Notes: generated by a model from the sequence alone, not told the origin. Counted from the stretch's first letter, positions 43,933-53,055 are shown. The stretch: DNA of 64,000 bases from an uncultured Bacteroidales bacterium (GCA_947311115.1 CAMZKE010000078.1:33892-97891), one strand, 5' to 3'. Translations and numbers: made by a program.

Positions 43933-46005
43933 TTAATGAGTGTAAATATTATTAGAATTTCTGTATCCGGAATTATTAGAATACCAATCAGTGTAAATAC
44001 TTCCTCCACTTTCAGCCCAATTTCCAAATTTTAAATACGCATCAATAACCGATGCTTTTTCTTTTGGATAATCAAAAGTTTTTGGAATATTTATAGCCCA
44101 AGGTAAATTTCGAGTTGTTTTATAATACCTGTTAGATGGTGGATTACTATCATCATTTCCTGTTCCTAATAAGTTTTCATCGGCTAAATCAGTTGGAGTC
44201 ATATCTGCTAAATGTACTTCTTTACCTCTGTCTAAATCAATAATAATAAATGGATTGTATGGCGGTGTGCCTAAAATATCACTTCTTATAGGGGTGTTAA
44301 ATTTAATTACTAGCTTTATTGTATCAGGTTGTACGTAAGTACTTCCAATTACTGTATTTATTCCTGTGCCACCTCCAGGATGTGTTAATACATTAAACGC
44401 ATTATCAAAGACTACAATTACAGCGTTTGTTTGTCCACTTTCAGTGCCATTAGAAGAAATATTTATATACGACTCTTGAATATTTTGCCCTTTTATTGAG
44501 CTTATTAAACTTGGCGATATAGGTAGCTCAAATGCAAAACCGTTTTTATAGCTTGCACCAATTGCTTTAACTATAAATTTCACATCCATCTCTGTTATTA
44601 GATTTTCAGGATTTGAAATGCTATTAAATTGATAATCAATAACCAAATCGTTATAATCATAATCTCCTGTATATGGCCATAAATCTTCAAAAGCTAATGT
44701 TCCAAAAGTTTCGCTATTTGGAAAAGCTGTATTAAATGCTTTTGTGTTGTCGTCAGGATAATCATCGGCATTATCATTTATTCCATCACCATCGGTATCT
44801 TGACTATCAGAGTCAACAGTTTCTATGTTATCGGTAGTAATAGCTGTACTAGGGCTTGCTGTTGCATAAAATACAGCATCATTAAAATCATTATCGCACC
44901 AACTTTCTCTGTTTAAATCTTCGAAACCAATTAAAACTAAATTACGCTGATTATCATAAAGTAAAACATTATGCTGCTTTAAACTAACATCGGTCTCGGG
45001 ATTAAATTCAGGAATAGAATAATAATTATATTTTCCATCTCCTACATTTGTACCATTCCAAGCATCAGACACTAAAAACCAGCCAATAACTGTTCCTGAT
45101 GGAAATTCATTAACAAAGGATTGGGTATTTTCATCATAATATTTTAATTGAACTTTATCGCCTGTTTGTAATTCGCCTCCCGAATTTAAGTACGATGTGT
45201 TAGGAAATGCAATTGTGTAATTATTTATATCATCAACCGAAGTTGGTGGATTATCTTGTTGATATGTGAAATAACCCAAAGTATTACGATACCCGGCACC
45301 TTCATGCACAAATGTTATCCACACTTCTGCATTTTCCTGTAAAACTAGATTTGTTTCTACTCCAGCTAAAAATTCAGGGTGAGTTACAGGTATTCCACCG
45401 GATACATTTTCAGGTAACGATGTGTTAATATCATCTAACAAACCCTGTTCAACTATATCAGAAATAGGATATAAATAATCGGGTAATCCTTGAGAATTCC
45501 AAGCCCCTAATGTTAAATATCCATTTTGCTTTACTTTATGTATTGATTTGTTTGTATTTACAGTATTTATACCTCCAAATGTATAATTTATATTAGATGC
45601 TGTTGAAAATTCAATATTTGTTTCTACCCCTAAATATCTTGGTGATATATAAATTTTTTCTAAGCTTTTTGGAACAAAAATAGTACTAAATAACTGTCCA
45701 TTATTATCGGTTACTCCTGAATATAATAGGTTTGCTTTTTTATTTTGTTGAGCTTCAAACGATGAATTTGCATCATAAATATCAATTCTAACATTGTTTA
45801 AAGCAGAACCATCGTTTGCTTTAGCAAAAAGTTGTAAATCAATATTTTTAATTAATTTATAGTCGAAATACTTATCAATTTTTAAATCATTTAATGCTTG
45901 AGGTTTTATTGTAGCAGGTATATCCTCGTTAATCTCATCTTTATTACACGATGAGAATATAAACAATATAATAGCAGAAATTATAGTTAAATACTTTATA
46001 TACAT
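43933..46005 (-). CDS. LruC-domain (DUF4842) surface lipoprotein with DUF4114-like and thrombospondin-type Ca-binding segments
   Basis: The lipobox is FIFSSCNKDE. GFEDLNRESWCDNDFNDAVFY is DUF4114-like. DSDSQDTDGDGINDNADDYPDD is a TSP3-like calcium-binding segment. AFEDLWPYTGDYDYNDLVIDY is the LruC/DUF4842 hallmark. Confidence 0.7.
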   Translation of the reverse strand: MYIKYLTIISAIILFIFSSCNKDEINEDIPATIKPQALNDLKIDKYFDYKLIKNIDLQLFAKANDGSALNNVRIDIYDANSSFEAQQNKKANLLYSGVTDNNGQLFSTIFVPKSLEKIYISPRYLGVETNIEFSTASNINYTFGGINTVNTNKSIHKVKQNGYLTLGAWNSQGLPDYLYPISDIVEQGLLDDINTSLPENVSGGIPVTHPEFLAGVETNLVLQENAEVWITFVHEGAGYRNTLGYFTYQQDNPPTSVDDINNYTIAFPNTSYLNSGGELQTGDKVQLKYYDENTQSFVNEFPSGTVIGWFLVSDAWNGTNVGDGKYNYYSIPEFNPETDVSLKQHNVLLYDNQRNLVLIGFEDLNRESWCDNDFNDAVFYATASPSTAITTDNIETVDSDSQDTDGDGINDNADDYPDDNTKAFNTAFPNSETFGTLAFEDLWPYTGDYDYNDLVIDYQFNSISNPENLITEMDVKFIVKAIGASYKNGFAFELPISPSLISSIKGQNIQESYINISSNGTESGQTNAVIVVFDNAFNVLTHPGGGTGINTVIGSTYVQPDTIKLVIKFNTPIRSDILGTPPYNPFIIIDLDRGKEVHLADMTPTDLADENLLGTGNDDSNPPSNRYYKTTRNLPWAINIPKTFDYPKEKASVIDAYLKFGNWAESGGSIYTDWYSNNSGYRNSNNIYTH

Positions 46006-46184
46006 AATCTTGATTTTTAGTTGTTTTATACAGCTTTTACAATCAGAACTACGATATAAATAAATTCTGGTTTCAGTTTAATATAGAAACCTTATTATCA
46101 GTGCTTAAATTGAGTGTTTGTACTTATTTTATCTTACTTTATATTATTAAAATTTGTCGTTAAATACCGATGTATTTTATAAAT

Positions 46185-46400
46185 TTACTCCGATATAATA
46201 CTAATATTATTCTCGTTTAACAATTTAATTGTTTTGCTACAAATATTATTATCTTTAATTATTAAACTTATTTGCACATCTGGTTTTACTGTTTTTATTG
46301 CTTTAGATTGTTCAATAATTTTTAAACCATCTTTAACAATAATACGACTTTTTCGCTTTTTTACAATAGCTATTTCATTTTTTGATAATTGCAACAATTT
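46185..46400 (-). CDS. Possible small hypothetical protein (about 70 aa); its 5' end is obscured by repeat copy C
   Basis: The open frame reads LLQLSKNEIAIVKKRKSRIIVKDGLKIIEQSKAIKTVKPDVQISLIIKDNNICSKTIKLLNENNISIISE. The only ATG (46457) lies inside the repeat element, so the real start, if any, would be a TTG near 46395. I cannot assign a family. Confidence 0.25.
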   Translation of the reverse strand, partial: KLLQLSKNEIAIVKKRKSRIIVKDGLKIIEQSKAIKTVKPDVQISLIIKDNNICSKTIKLLNENNISIISE

Positions 46401-46497
46401 AATCTGTTTGGGTTTAATTCCCCGTCCCTTGGGACGTATAAAAGAATAGTATTCCAAAACGATACCTCATCCGCTTGCGGCGAGGAGATTCATTTTT
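46401..46497 (+). repeat. Copy C of the two-hairpin repeat family
   Basis: The first 43 nt are identical to copy A. The second hairpin is CCTCATCCGCTTGCGGCGAGG (a CUUG loop closed by CCG/CGG), followed by AGATTCATTTTT. Confidence 0.8.
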
Positions 46498-46546
46498 ACT
46501 ACATAAATTATAATCTTTTGAATTTAACTGTTTTGCTTCCATAAAT

Positions 46547-49500
46547 TTAATATTCAACATCAACAACACATCTAAAACCAACCCAGTTTGTAGGTTTCTG
46601 ATAATGACAATTTGTATTTTCTTTTCCCCCTGTCCAGTTACAGCCACGAGCAACACCTTTTTCCGATGTCATTTCCGAAACATTATCATCGAAAGCATAA
46701 ATACCAATTTTATTTCTCCAATAATAATAAACCGACGATGTTAAACCTTTGCTTATACGTGTATTAACAGCGTTCTCTTTTTTTGCAACAGGCGGAGTAA
46801 AATCTGGTTTTATCATACCTTCATCAGGCATATAAATTGAATCTAAAGTAAGAATATTATCCCATTCTTCAGGAGTAGGTAAACGATATGTAACACGCTT
46901 TGGAACATCAATACTTCTTGGATATTTTAAATGATATAGTTTATACAAACTGTTTATATATTCCGTACGCCATTGAGAATATAAAACTGCTTGCTCGTAT
47001 GTAACACCCACTAACGGATTATTATAGAAAGTTCTGTTTGTAAAATATTCTTTCGATAAATCTATTCCATCAACAATATAAGAGTTCCAAACACTTTCGT
47101 CAGGTAAAACTTCTTTATATTCAGGGCTATTAACACCATATCTGTTTTTTATAATATTTATAAATCCTAAGTAATCAATATTTCTCATTTCAAGAACATC
47201 TACCCCAAAATTTTTATTTAATAGTACTGTTCCCGGAGGTATTCTGCTCATAATTTTTGCAAAAATTAAACTATCAACCTTTTGTGGAAGTTCCATTTTT
47301 TGTCTGAAACCAACAAAAGGCGATGGCTCATTATTCCACTGTTCAGATAAGTTGTTATTAATTTTATTGAAATATGAATTACAACTACCACCCATAACTA
47401 TATTATTAGTATCAATAATTTCAGAAACATTTCCGATAAGCTTATTAATCCCCAATAAATTTGGCTGAGATTTATTTGTTAAATACGGATACTTATGATA
47501 TGTAAAATATTTAGTTAAAAACTTCTTATATTTAATTAATTTAGATGATTGTTCGTATAACTGTTTTGAATATTTCTCAGGTAAATCACCGTATTTTAAA
47601 TGTAATTCATCTGATGTTGTATAAGTGTATAAGCTATCGTTTATATATTTACTAATTTTATCGTAAAACGAAGTATTAATATTTGCAATATTTTGTAATT
47701 TATAATCAAGCATTTTACTTGACAGTCCTGATTTTTTTAAATATTCTTTTGCAAAATACTCCCATTCTTTTTTAGTTGGTAAATTAATTTCACTTACAAA
47801 ATTAGTATTTATATATGTTTGAGTCATCCATTTATTAAACTCATTAACAGCTTCGTAAGAAATATTTACTACAGGTAAATTATCGTATTTTAAATCTTTG
47901 AAATAATACAAATAGTTATCGTTATACTGCTCCCACAAACTATCTTTAGGTAAGTATTTTTTTGCAAGGTCAACTTTATTACTATCAATTAAATTAATAA
48001 TAAATTTACGCCAAATACCATTTGTTACTTCATTAATATTTATTAATCTAATATTCTTTACACTAACCTTAATATTCCATTTATTAAGAGTATCAGATTC
48101 GTAAAAAGAACTATCTATAACAATTTTTTTGAAATATTTTTTATAGTTTGTTGGATAATCGTTGTATCTATCATAATTGTAAGTACCAACAATTTTTAAT
48201 AAAGAATCTTTATGCAACTCTTCTTTTTCTTTTATTTTAACAACGTACCTGAAACCAATTGTTGAGTATTGAGTTTTTGGATTTACAAAACGCTTTAAAA
48301 ATATACCTGCCTTATTTACTTGTGTTTTCACATCATTAACATTGGTATATACCATCGACTCACGGTAATCTAAATAATTTGCACCAACCACTAAATATCC
48401 GTTTTTATCGTTTTTATTATCGTAGTAATCTTCAATTTTTGAACTTAACATATTATCGTCTGATGTTTTTAACATATTTTTATGTAAGGAATAAATATTA
48501 TCCCAATTAATTGCATAATTATCAGATAACCATTCAGAAACGTTGCCATCAAGCCATTCTATTCCGTTTTGTAAAATATGATTGTATTTTGTAGCGTAGC
48601 GTTTATCGTTTTTATATGTTGAGTTAAGATTTTTTAGCGATACATTTGTAATACTATTTTCAAATAAAAAATTCTTTTGCAATGAATAATTGCTTGATAA
48701 AACTTTATTATCTAACAATTTATCGAGTTCAGTTTTAGCTGCTGTTTTTGTAAATTGTAATTCGCACAACCAGTTAGATGAATTATTATAGCCTGTTGCT
48801 TGTTCGTATTCAATTAAACTTGGAAGTGTATATTCTACATCGTAATTTATACCAATATCGTTTAAATATTTTTGGTGAAAATGTTGTTTCCAATCTAAAA
48901 ACGCTAGAGCTTGATAATAATTAACTCCCATTACCGGATATTGCGAATTTTTATAATCTGAAAAATAAATAGGATTTACACTATAATAAGGATTAGCACT
49001 ATTTTTTTTAGGGAAATACAGTTCAATACTGTCAATAGGTGCAATACAAATATCTTGTTTAGATGAATCGAAAAAAGAATAATTATAAGCTTTATTTCTA
49101 TCTATTTTCCACACTAACCTCTCATCTGTAAGAGTATCAGAACTATTTAATTTTGATACTGTTTTATATTTTACAATATTATAAGTTAGTGTATTATATC
49201 CGTTTGTTTGCAATACCCAATTTAAAAACTCTTTATATTCTTTTACCGAAACTTCTTTTTTTGAGAAATAAAAAGGTTTAATTATTTTTTGAATTTGTTC
49301 TGAGCTTAACTGATTCAAATCAATTTTTCCATTTTTTGTTAACTTATAATTATTTAAGTAATAGATTATTGATGATGGTAAACTAATTATTTGGTTTGAT
49401 GGATAATAAACCGGTTTATCATTATTTATGTATGTTTCAAATTTATCAGGATTAATATTTGCAATATCTTGGCCTACATTGATATACACAAAATTGCCCA

Positions 49501-49786
49501 TGCCACTACTAAAAGGCTGACCGTTATAATAAGGCTCAAAAAAATTAAGTTTTTTATTAATACTGAATTCGTCGTTTAAATTTTCCGGCACTACAATAAA
49601 ACGCTTAATTTTTAACTTATAAGATACATTATTTGCTAATGTATTAAAGTATGGTCCGGGTAATTCTATTACTGTATCGTTTGTATTTGTTACAACTTTA
49701 TTTGTATCGCTAGCTATAGATTGTAAAGTTGAAAATGTAAAAATTGAAAATAATAAAATTGTTTTAAATAATTTTGAATAATTCAT
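46547..49786 (-). CDS. Large secreted protein with three FGE-sulfatase (SUMF1/GldJ-like) domains
   Basis: The signal peptide MNYSKLFKTILLFSIFTFSTLQSIA begins at ATG 49786. There are three domain endings of the FGE type: STIGFRYVVKI, PFVGFRQKM, and ARGCNW...WVGFRCVVDV at the C-terminus. Repeated PVVNISYEA/PLVGVTYEQA/PVMGVNYYQA motifs are also present. Confidence 0.7.
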   Translation of the reverse strand: MNYSKLFKTILLFSIFTFSTLQSIASDTNKVVTNTNDTVIELPGPYFNTLANNVSYKLKIKRFIVVPENLNDEFSINKKLNFFEPYYNGQPFSSGMGNFVYINVGQDIANINPDKFETYINNDKPVYYPSNQIISLPSSIIYYLNNYKLTKNGKIDLNQLSSEQIQKIIKPFYFSKKEVSVKEYKEFLNWVLQTNGYNTLTYNIVKYKTVSKLNSSDTLTDERLVWKIDRNKAYNYSFFDSSKQDICIAPIDSIELYFPKKNSANPYYSVNPIYFSDYKNSQYPVMGVNYYQALAFLDWKQHFHQKYLNDIGINYDVEYTLPSLIEYEQATGYNNSSNWLCELQFTKTAAKTELDKLLDNKVLSSNYSLQKNFLFENSITNVSLKNLNSTYKNDKRYATKYNHILQNGIEWLDGNVSEWLSDNYAINWDNIYSLHKNMLKTSDDNMLSSKIEDYYDNKNDKNGYLVVGANYLDYRESMVYTNVNDVKTQVNKAGIFLKRFVNPKTQYSTIGFRYVVKIKEKEELHKDSLLKIVGTYNYDRYNDYPTNYKKYFKKIVIDSSFYESDTLNKWNIKVSVKNIRLININEVTNGIWRKFIINLIDSNKVDLAKKYLPKDSLWEQYNDNYLYYFKDLKYDNLPVVNISYEAVNEFNKWMTQTYINTNFVSEINLPTKKEWEYFAKEYLKKSGLSSKMLDYKLQNIANINTSFYDKISKYINDSLYTYTTSDELHLKYGDLPEKYSKQLYEQSSKLIKYKKFLTKYFTYHKYPYLTNKSQPNLLGINKLIGNVSEIIDTNNIVMGGSCNSYFNKINNNLSEQWNNEPSPFVGFRQKMELPQKVDSLIFAKIMSRIPPGTVLLNKNFGVDVLEMRNIDYLGFINIIKNRYGVNSPEYKEVLPDESVWNSYIVDGIDLSKEYFTNRTFYNNPLVGVTYEQAVLYSQWRTEYINSLYKLYHLKYPRSIDVPKRVTYRLPTPEEWDNILTLDSIYMPDEGMIKPDFTPPVAKKENAVNTRISKGLTSSVYYYWRNKIGIYAFDDNVSEMTSEKGVARGCNWTGGKENTNCHYQKPTNWVGFRCVVDVEY

Positions 49787-49828
49787 TCTAAATAAGTTTA
49801 TATTATTGTATAATATTTTTATCGACTT

Positions 49829-49836
49829 CAAAGCTA
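49829..49836 (-). promoter_or_regulatory. Candidate -7 promoter motif (TAGCTTTG) for the triple-FGE gene
   Basis: The minus strand matches TAnnTTTG, 43 nt upstream of ATG 49786. It lies inside the ORF-track N-terminal extension, which supports the internal start. Confidence 0.35.
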
Positions 49837-50056
49837 ATATTTTTTCTAAAAAAAACAAAAAAAGTATTACATTAATGTAAATTAAGTGTGAAAAGCTAAA
49901 TTTTTCAGATATTATTATAAAAACAATTAAAACACTTGCTAATAAATATTAAAATAAAAATTTAATACAAAGTTGATTTAAAGATGTTAGTTGAGTATCA
50001 TCAGAATAGTAAAAATATGTAAAGTATTGTGAGGTTTTTTTAATATTTTTAACATA

Positions 50057-50158
50057 CATTATTCATACATTTTTATTAGACAAGGTGTTGAACCATGCTG
50101 CTGTATATTAATACTGCAAATGGTTTGCAACTAAGTGTCAGGAAAATAAAAAGCATAA
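50057..50158 (+). repeat. Right copy of the 102/103-nt inverted repeat pair (partner at 40304..40406)
   Basis: The sequence is CATTATTCATACATTTTTATTAGACAAGGTGTTGAACCATGCTGCTGTATATTAATACTGCAAATGGTTTGCAACTAAGTGTCAGGAAAATAAAAAGCATAA. The core hairpin is at 50087-50131. A perfect 16-nt palindrome, TTCCCAAATTTGGGAA, follows at 50173-50188. Confidence 0.85.
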
Positions 50159-50255
50159 TATATAAAATATATTTCCCAAATTTGGGAATTAATATTTTAG
50201 ATTATAACTTCCCATAATCACGCGCAATAGTGCGAAACTTCAGTTAATAATAAAA

Positions 50256-50450
50256 CCTAAAATATCTTTTGTAATAAGGTTTAGTAAATGGATAATAGGT
50301 ACAGGTATTTATTTAGATGATGTTTATGATGAAATATCTGAATTAATAACTGATTCTTATAGGAGTTTAACAATACAACTATTTATTTTATTATTGTCGT
50401 TTATTGTAATGTATTTAATATTAAATAAATACATTAAAAAATTTTGTTAA
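50256..50450 (+). pseudogene. Remnant of a paralog of the downstream Cache sensor gene (region around the second TM segment)
   Basis: It translates to PKISFVIRFSKWIIGTGIYLDDVYDEISELITDSYRSLTIQLFILLLSFIVMYLILNKYIKKFC*. This aligns with residues about 329-395 of the 50578 ORF (PKISYVKKFAKWNWIVGSGVYLDDVYDEIAVLKADSYKNLAMQLFILLLSFVIMYFVLSYYLK). It has no start codon and lacks both the upstream and downstream domains. Confidence 0.75.
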
Positions 50451-50577
50451 AAATATTGTTTGTTTTATTTATAATGATTTTAAATTCAGTTTGTTTTATC
50501 AAAATACTTAGCTAATTTTTAATATTTATTATCAATATTTTATACATTAGTATTAATAAAATTTAAATTTACACAAA

Positions 50578-53055
50578 ATGAAAAAAATCAGAATCAACAG
50601 TATTGCAAAAGCTGTAACTTTAATTATTCTTTCAACAATGTTCTTAATTTTTGTTCTCGTAGGAACATTTAGAGTTATAAAAACACAAAATGATTTATCA
50701 ATAAGGAAAGAAAAATTAATTGAATCGAGAAAAGAAAATCTTAAAAGTTTTATCGAAATAGCATTTAATACAATTCAAAAGAATTACGATAAATCGCAAA
50801 GTAAAGAGGAAATTAAATTAAGAGCCGGCGATAAACTTGAACAATCTGTTGATATATTAATAAGTTTATTGAAGACTTATTACAACCAGAACAAAAATAT
50901 TTTATCGGAAAACGATTTAAAAAATAATCTTATTAAAATTGTAAAAAATTATAAAGGCAAAAACAATGAGTATTTTTGGATAAATGATACTAGTTTACCG
51001 TATCCGGTGATGGTTATGCACCCTAATTCTCCACAACTTGATGGCAAAGTACTAAATAACTCAAAATATAACTGTGCGATGGGTAAAAATCAAAACTTAT
51101 TTCAAGCAATGGTTGAAGTTTGTAATAAGCATGGCGAAGGCTATGTCGATTATGTTTGGGATAAACCTACAAATAATGGCGTAAAACCAAATCAGCCTAA
51201 GTTATCTTTTGTAAAACTATTTAAGCCATATAAATGGGTTATTGGTACTGGTGCTTATATTGATGATATAGAAAATAATATTAAACAAGAATGTATAAAC
51301 GAAATTAAGCAAATGCGCTACGAAAACGGAACAGGTTATTTTTGGATAAACGACGATAAACTTCCGTACCCAACAATGATAATGCACCCAACAGCTCCTC
51401 AGCTTGATGGTAAAGTACTTGATAATCCTAAATATAATTGTGCAATGGGTAAAAACCAAAACCTTTTTCAAGCTATGGCTGAGGTTTGTAACAAGCAAGG
51501 AGATGGTTTTGTTGATTATGTTTGGAGCAAACCAACAAAAGATGGTTTAAAAACTGATGTTCCTAAAATATCTTACGTAAAGAAATTTGCCAAATGGAAT
51601 TGGATAGTAGGTTCAGGAGTATATCTTGATGATGTATATGATGAAATTGCTGTTTTAAAAGCGGATTCGTATAAGAATTTAGCTATGCAACTATTTATTT
51701 TATTATTATCTTTTGTAATTATGTATTTTGTGCTTAGTTATTATTTAAAAAATATTGTTGTAAAGCAACTAAAAGTTGTTCAAAATTCTATAAACAAGTT
51801 AAGTAGAGGTGTTTTTCCTGAGCCGTTAAAAGTTAAATCAGAAAACGAAATAGGTCAAATTACAAAATCGACAAACACAATGATAGAAAATTTAACTAAT
51901 GTAAAGGACTTTGCCTTAGAAGTGGGTAAAGGTAATTTAGATATGGAATTTTCTGCCCTAAGTGACGAAGATGAATTAGGTACATCGTTAATTGAAATGC
52001 GTAAAAATTTACAAGATGCCAGAGAAAAAGAACAAATAAGAAAAAAAGAAGATAAGCAACGTAATTGGGCTACTCAAGGATTAGCCAAGTTTGCTGAAAT
52101 TCTTAGAAATAATAACGATAATATTGAAGAGTTATCTTATTCAATAATAAGTAATTTAATCGATTATTTAGGAGCTAATCAAGGCGGATTCTTCTTATTA
52201 ACAAACACTGGTGAAGATGCTGTAAAAAATGAAGATAAATCGTTTAAGTTAGAAGCTTGTTATGCCTATAACAGAAAAAAATACTTAGAAAAAAATATAG
52301 AATGGGGCGAAGGTCTAATTGGTAGATGTGGATTGGAAATGCAAACTATTTTCTTAACTGATATTCCTGAAAATTATATAACAATTACTTCAGGTTTAGG
52401 CGATGCTAACCCAACAAGCTTATTACTTATACCATTGTTATTAAACGATGAAATATTTGGCGTAATAGAAATTGCTTCATTTAAAGTTTTTGAACCATAT
52501 CAAATAGAGTTTGTTGAAAAAGTAGGCGAGAGTATAGCATCAACTATTTCAAGTGTTCAAGTAAATAATAAAACTAAATTCTTATTAGAGCAATCGCAAC
52601 AACAAACCGAAGAAATGAAAGCTCAAGAGGAAGAAATGCGTCAGAATCTTGAAGAAATGCAGGCTACGCAAGAAGAAATGGCAAGAGCCAAGAAAGATGC
52701 TGAACAAGCTCAAAATAATTTAGATAGTGTAATGAATCCGATAATAAGTATTGATAAAGAGTTTAATATTACATATATAAACGAAGCCGGTATTAAGATT
52801 TCCGGAGTTTCAAAAGATAATGCCTTAACTAAAAAATGTTTTGAGCTGTGGGAAAATCCACACTGTCATACAGAAAACTGTAGATGTGCATTGGCAATGA
52901 CAAGCAAAAAAGAAGAAACAGGTAAAACAACAATAAATGCAACAAACGAAGAAATAGTATATACCGGTACACCAATATACGACGAAGAAGGAAATGTTAC
53001 CGGAGCCGTTGAAGAAATAATATTATTAACAGAACTTAAAAAAGTATTAAAATGA
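50578..53055 (+). CDS. Membrane sensor protein: tandem sCache-like domains, TM, HAMP, GAF, coiled coil and a Cys-rich PAS domain; no recognisable output domain
   Basis: TM1 is VTLIILSTMFLIFVLVG. There are two roughly 100-aa repeats (YFWIND..LPYP.M.MHP..PQLDGKVL.N.KYNCAMGKNQNLFQAM.EVCNK.G.G.VDYVW.KPT). TM2 is followed by a HAMP-like region, a GAF-like region (LGANQGGFFLL...FGVIEIASF), a QEEEMRQNLEEMQATQEEM coil, and a PAS-like C-terminus with C754, C763, C768 and C770. Confidence 0.75.
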   Translation: MKKIRINSIAKAVTLIILSTMFLIFVLVGTFRVIKTQNDLSIRKEKLIESRKENLKSFIEIAFNTIQKNYDKSQSKEEIKLRAGDKLEQSVDILISLLKTYYNQNKNILSENDLKNNLIKIVKNYKGKNNEYFWINDTSLPYPVMVMHPNSPQLDGKVLNNSKYNCAMGKNQNLFQAMVEVCNKHGEGYVDYVWDKPTNNGVKPNQPKLSFVKLFKPYKWVIGTGAYIDDIENNIKQECINEIKQMRYENGTGYFWINDDKLPYPTMIMHPTAPQLDGKVLDNPKYNCAMGKNQNLFQAMAEVCNKQGDGFVDYVWSKPTKDGLKTDVPKISYVKKFAKWNWIVGSGVYLDDVYDEIAVLKADSYKNLAMQLFILLLSFVIMYFVLSYYLKNIVVKQLKVVQNSINKLSRGVFPEPLKVKSENEIGQITKSTNTMIENLTNVKDFALEVGKGNLDMEFSALSDEDELGTSLIEMRKNLQDAREKEQIRKKEDKQRNWATQGLAKFAEILRNNNDNIEELSYSIISNLIDYLGANQGGFFLLTNTGEDAVKNEDKSFKLEACYAYNRKKYLEKNIEWGEGLIGRCGLEMQTIFLTDIPENYITITSGLGDANPTSLLLIPLLLNDEIFGVIEIASFKVFEPYQIEFVEKVGESIASTISSVQVNNKTKFLLEQSQQQTEEMKAQEEEMRQNLEEMQATQEEMARAKKDAEQAQNNLDSVMNPIISIDKEFNITYINEAGIKISGVSKDNALTKKCFELWENPHCHTENCRCALAMTSKKEETGKTTINATNEEIVYTGTPIYDEEGNVTGAVEEIILLTELKKVLK

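Noticed and set aside
46414-46656. An 80-aa minus-strand ORF overlapping the 3' end of the triple-FGE gene and repeat copy C
   Set aside because: It overlaps the well-supported C-terminus of the FGE protein in another frame, and the remainder is repeat sequence, so it is spurious.
50087-50131. A 45-nt GTTG...CAAC palindromic core resembling a Bacteroidota CRISPR direct repeat (second copy at 40332-40376)
   Set aside because: There are only two copies, 9.6 kb apart and in inverted orientation. There is no regular spacer array and no cas genes in the window. The homology extends well beyond the 45-nt core on both sides, unlike CRISPR repeats.
40304-50158. Calling the IR-bracketed block a transposon or integrative element
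   Set aside because: No transposase, integrase, recombinase, tRNA attachment site or clear target-site duplication is visible. Composition looks like the surrounding DNA. I therefore report it as an observation, not as a mobile_element feature.
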